From Spizellomyces punctatus DAOM BR117 (Eukaryota), in NCBI GenBank assembly GCA_000182565.2, contig KQ257461.1: a stretch of DNA of 64,000 nt. One strand, given 5' to 3'. The notes below the pieces were generated by a model. The model did not search any database, was not told where the DNA came from, and saw nothing but the letters and a program-made list of their open reading frames with translations. Shown piece by piece: positions 62,849 through 64,000 of this stretch; position 1 is the first letter of the stretch, and each line of letters opens with the position of its first letter. A program made the translations under genes and the position numbers.

Positions 62849-64000
62849 ATGGAGGTGAACTCCGCGAACGTTGAGGTGGAGAGTGAGGTTCAGCCCGAGA
62901 CCACAACGACACCGCTCAGTGACTCTGCACATGCAACCACGCCCACTCCTCCAGTTCCAGTGGAGACTTCGCAGCCTACTGTTCCCGTGGACGAGGTTAC
63001 CGTACCAGTACCAGTAAACCTTGAAACTGCGAGTGATGAGGTCAAAGCAAAGATACTCAAGCAAGTGGAGTACTACTTTGGAGGTGAGGAGTCCGTAGCG
63101 CTGCATATATGGTTGTGAAATCATGCTGATGGCTTTCCGTGTAGATGCGAACCTTCCGAGAGACAAGTTCCTGATAAGCACCATCAACGAAAACCCCGAG
63201 GGATGGGTCTCTATTGAGACTCTATTGAAGTTTAACAGACTCAGGTCAATTTCTGACGATCCCCTGGTCATCGCTGATGCGCTGAGACAGAGTGCCGAAC
63301 TTCTTGAAGTATCGGACGACGGAAAATTGGTTCGTCGTCGTACTCAGCTGAAGCCAAGGTTTGCCGTTCATAGAAAGACAATATACGTGGTACGTTAGTG
63401 ACGATCTTGGTAAATCCTTGGCAATAGTGCTAATTTTCACATAGAAAGGATTTCCACCAGAGCTCAGTAACATCATCGACGAAATCGAAGGCTTCTTTTC
63501 CAACTTTGGTAAAGTGCACAATGTTAGAATTCGTCGAGATGAGAATCGCGCTTTCAAGGTTTGTGGCCAAAGGCTGCGTGCTGTGTATGATGCGGGTTCG
63601 TTAACCTGCTCTCCATATTAGGGTTCAGTTTTTGTTGAATTTAAGGAAATTCCTGCCGCAGAAAATGTTAGCCAAATGCAATTGGAGTTTCAAGGACATC
63701 CTCTAGTCATTATGATGAAGTAGGTTCAGCTGTTTAAGCATCTTCGATAGTTTCTTTCCAAACTCTAATTGTTTTTAGAGATGAATATGTAAACATGAAA
63801 TTGCGTGAAGGCCCGAAAGATCAGGATGGCAGCCACATGCATGTACAGCGTCCTTATGAAGAGTTCCCACAACTGAATTATTTGGAAAGGCATGACTTCC
63901 GTCGTCCAGGTGCCCACTCCAACTATGGCAATCGGCAACAGGGTCCAGCACTTTTGGAGCGACCAGAGGGTGCTCTGGCCTTCTTTGAAGGCGTAGCGCC
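62849..64000 (+). CDS. LHP1: La autoantigen homolog (La motif plus RRM), truncated by the window end
   Basis: KILKQVEYYFG|DANLPRDKFL, GWVSIETLLKFNRLR, TIYV|KGFP and RNP1-like FK|GSVFVEF. Confidence 0.9.

Overview
This is gene-dense, intron-rich eukaryotic DNA with short GT-AG introns. Fungal markers (Zn2Cys6 factor, Rit1, App1-type phosphatase, EGCrP-type GH5) occur alongside flagellar genes (CATIP-like, CCDC42/CFAP73-like, KIF12-like), which points to a zoosporic fungus such as a chytrid; the taxon is inferred. About 30 protein-coding genes can be reconstructed by eye, including VPS5, RIT1, RPS24, RAN/GSP1, a HIT protein, PUF6, a SIR2-type sirtuin, La and FRA10AC1. No complete tRNA, rRNA, transposon or CRISPR array was found. 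The most notable observations are: (1) a probably unannotated spliced 38-aa microprotein gene with TATA box, strong start context, PPxY and CxxC motifs, and a hydrophobic segment interrupted by TGA; (2) an obligatory 4-nt microexon in the Ran DTAG motif; (3) two orphan tRNA T-arm/B-box elements sharing an upstream CATGTGAAT; (4) RFX X-box-like sites upstream of the ciliary genes; (5) a standalone protein resembling the ANP32E H2A.Z-binding domain; (6) a GC-AG intron in the HIT gene; (7) an intron immediately after the RPS24 stop codon. Family calls come from remembered motifs rather than database searches, and exon boundaries were placed manually.
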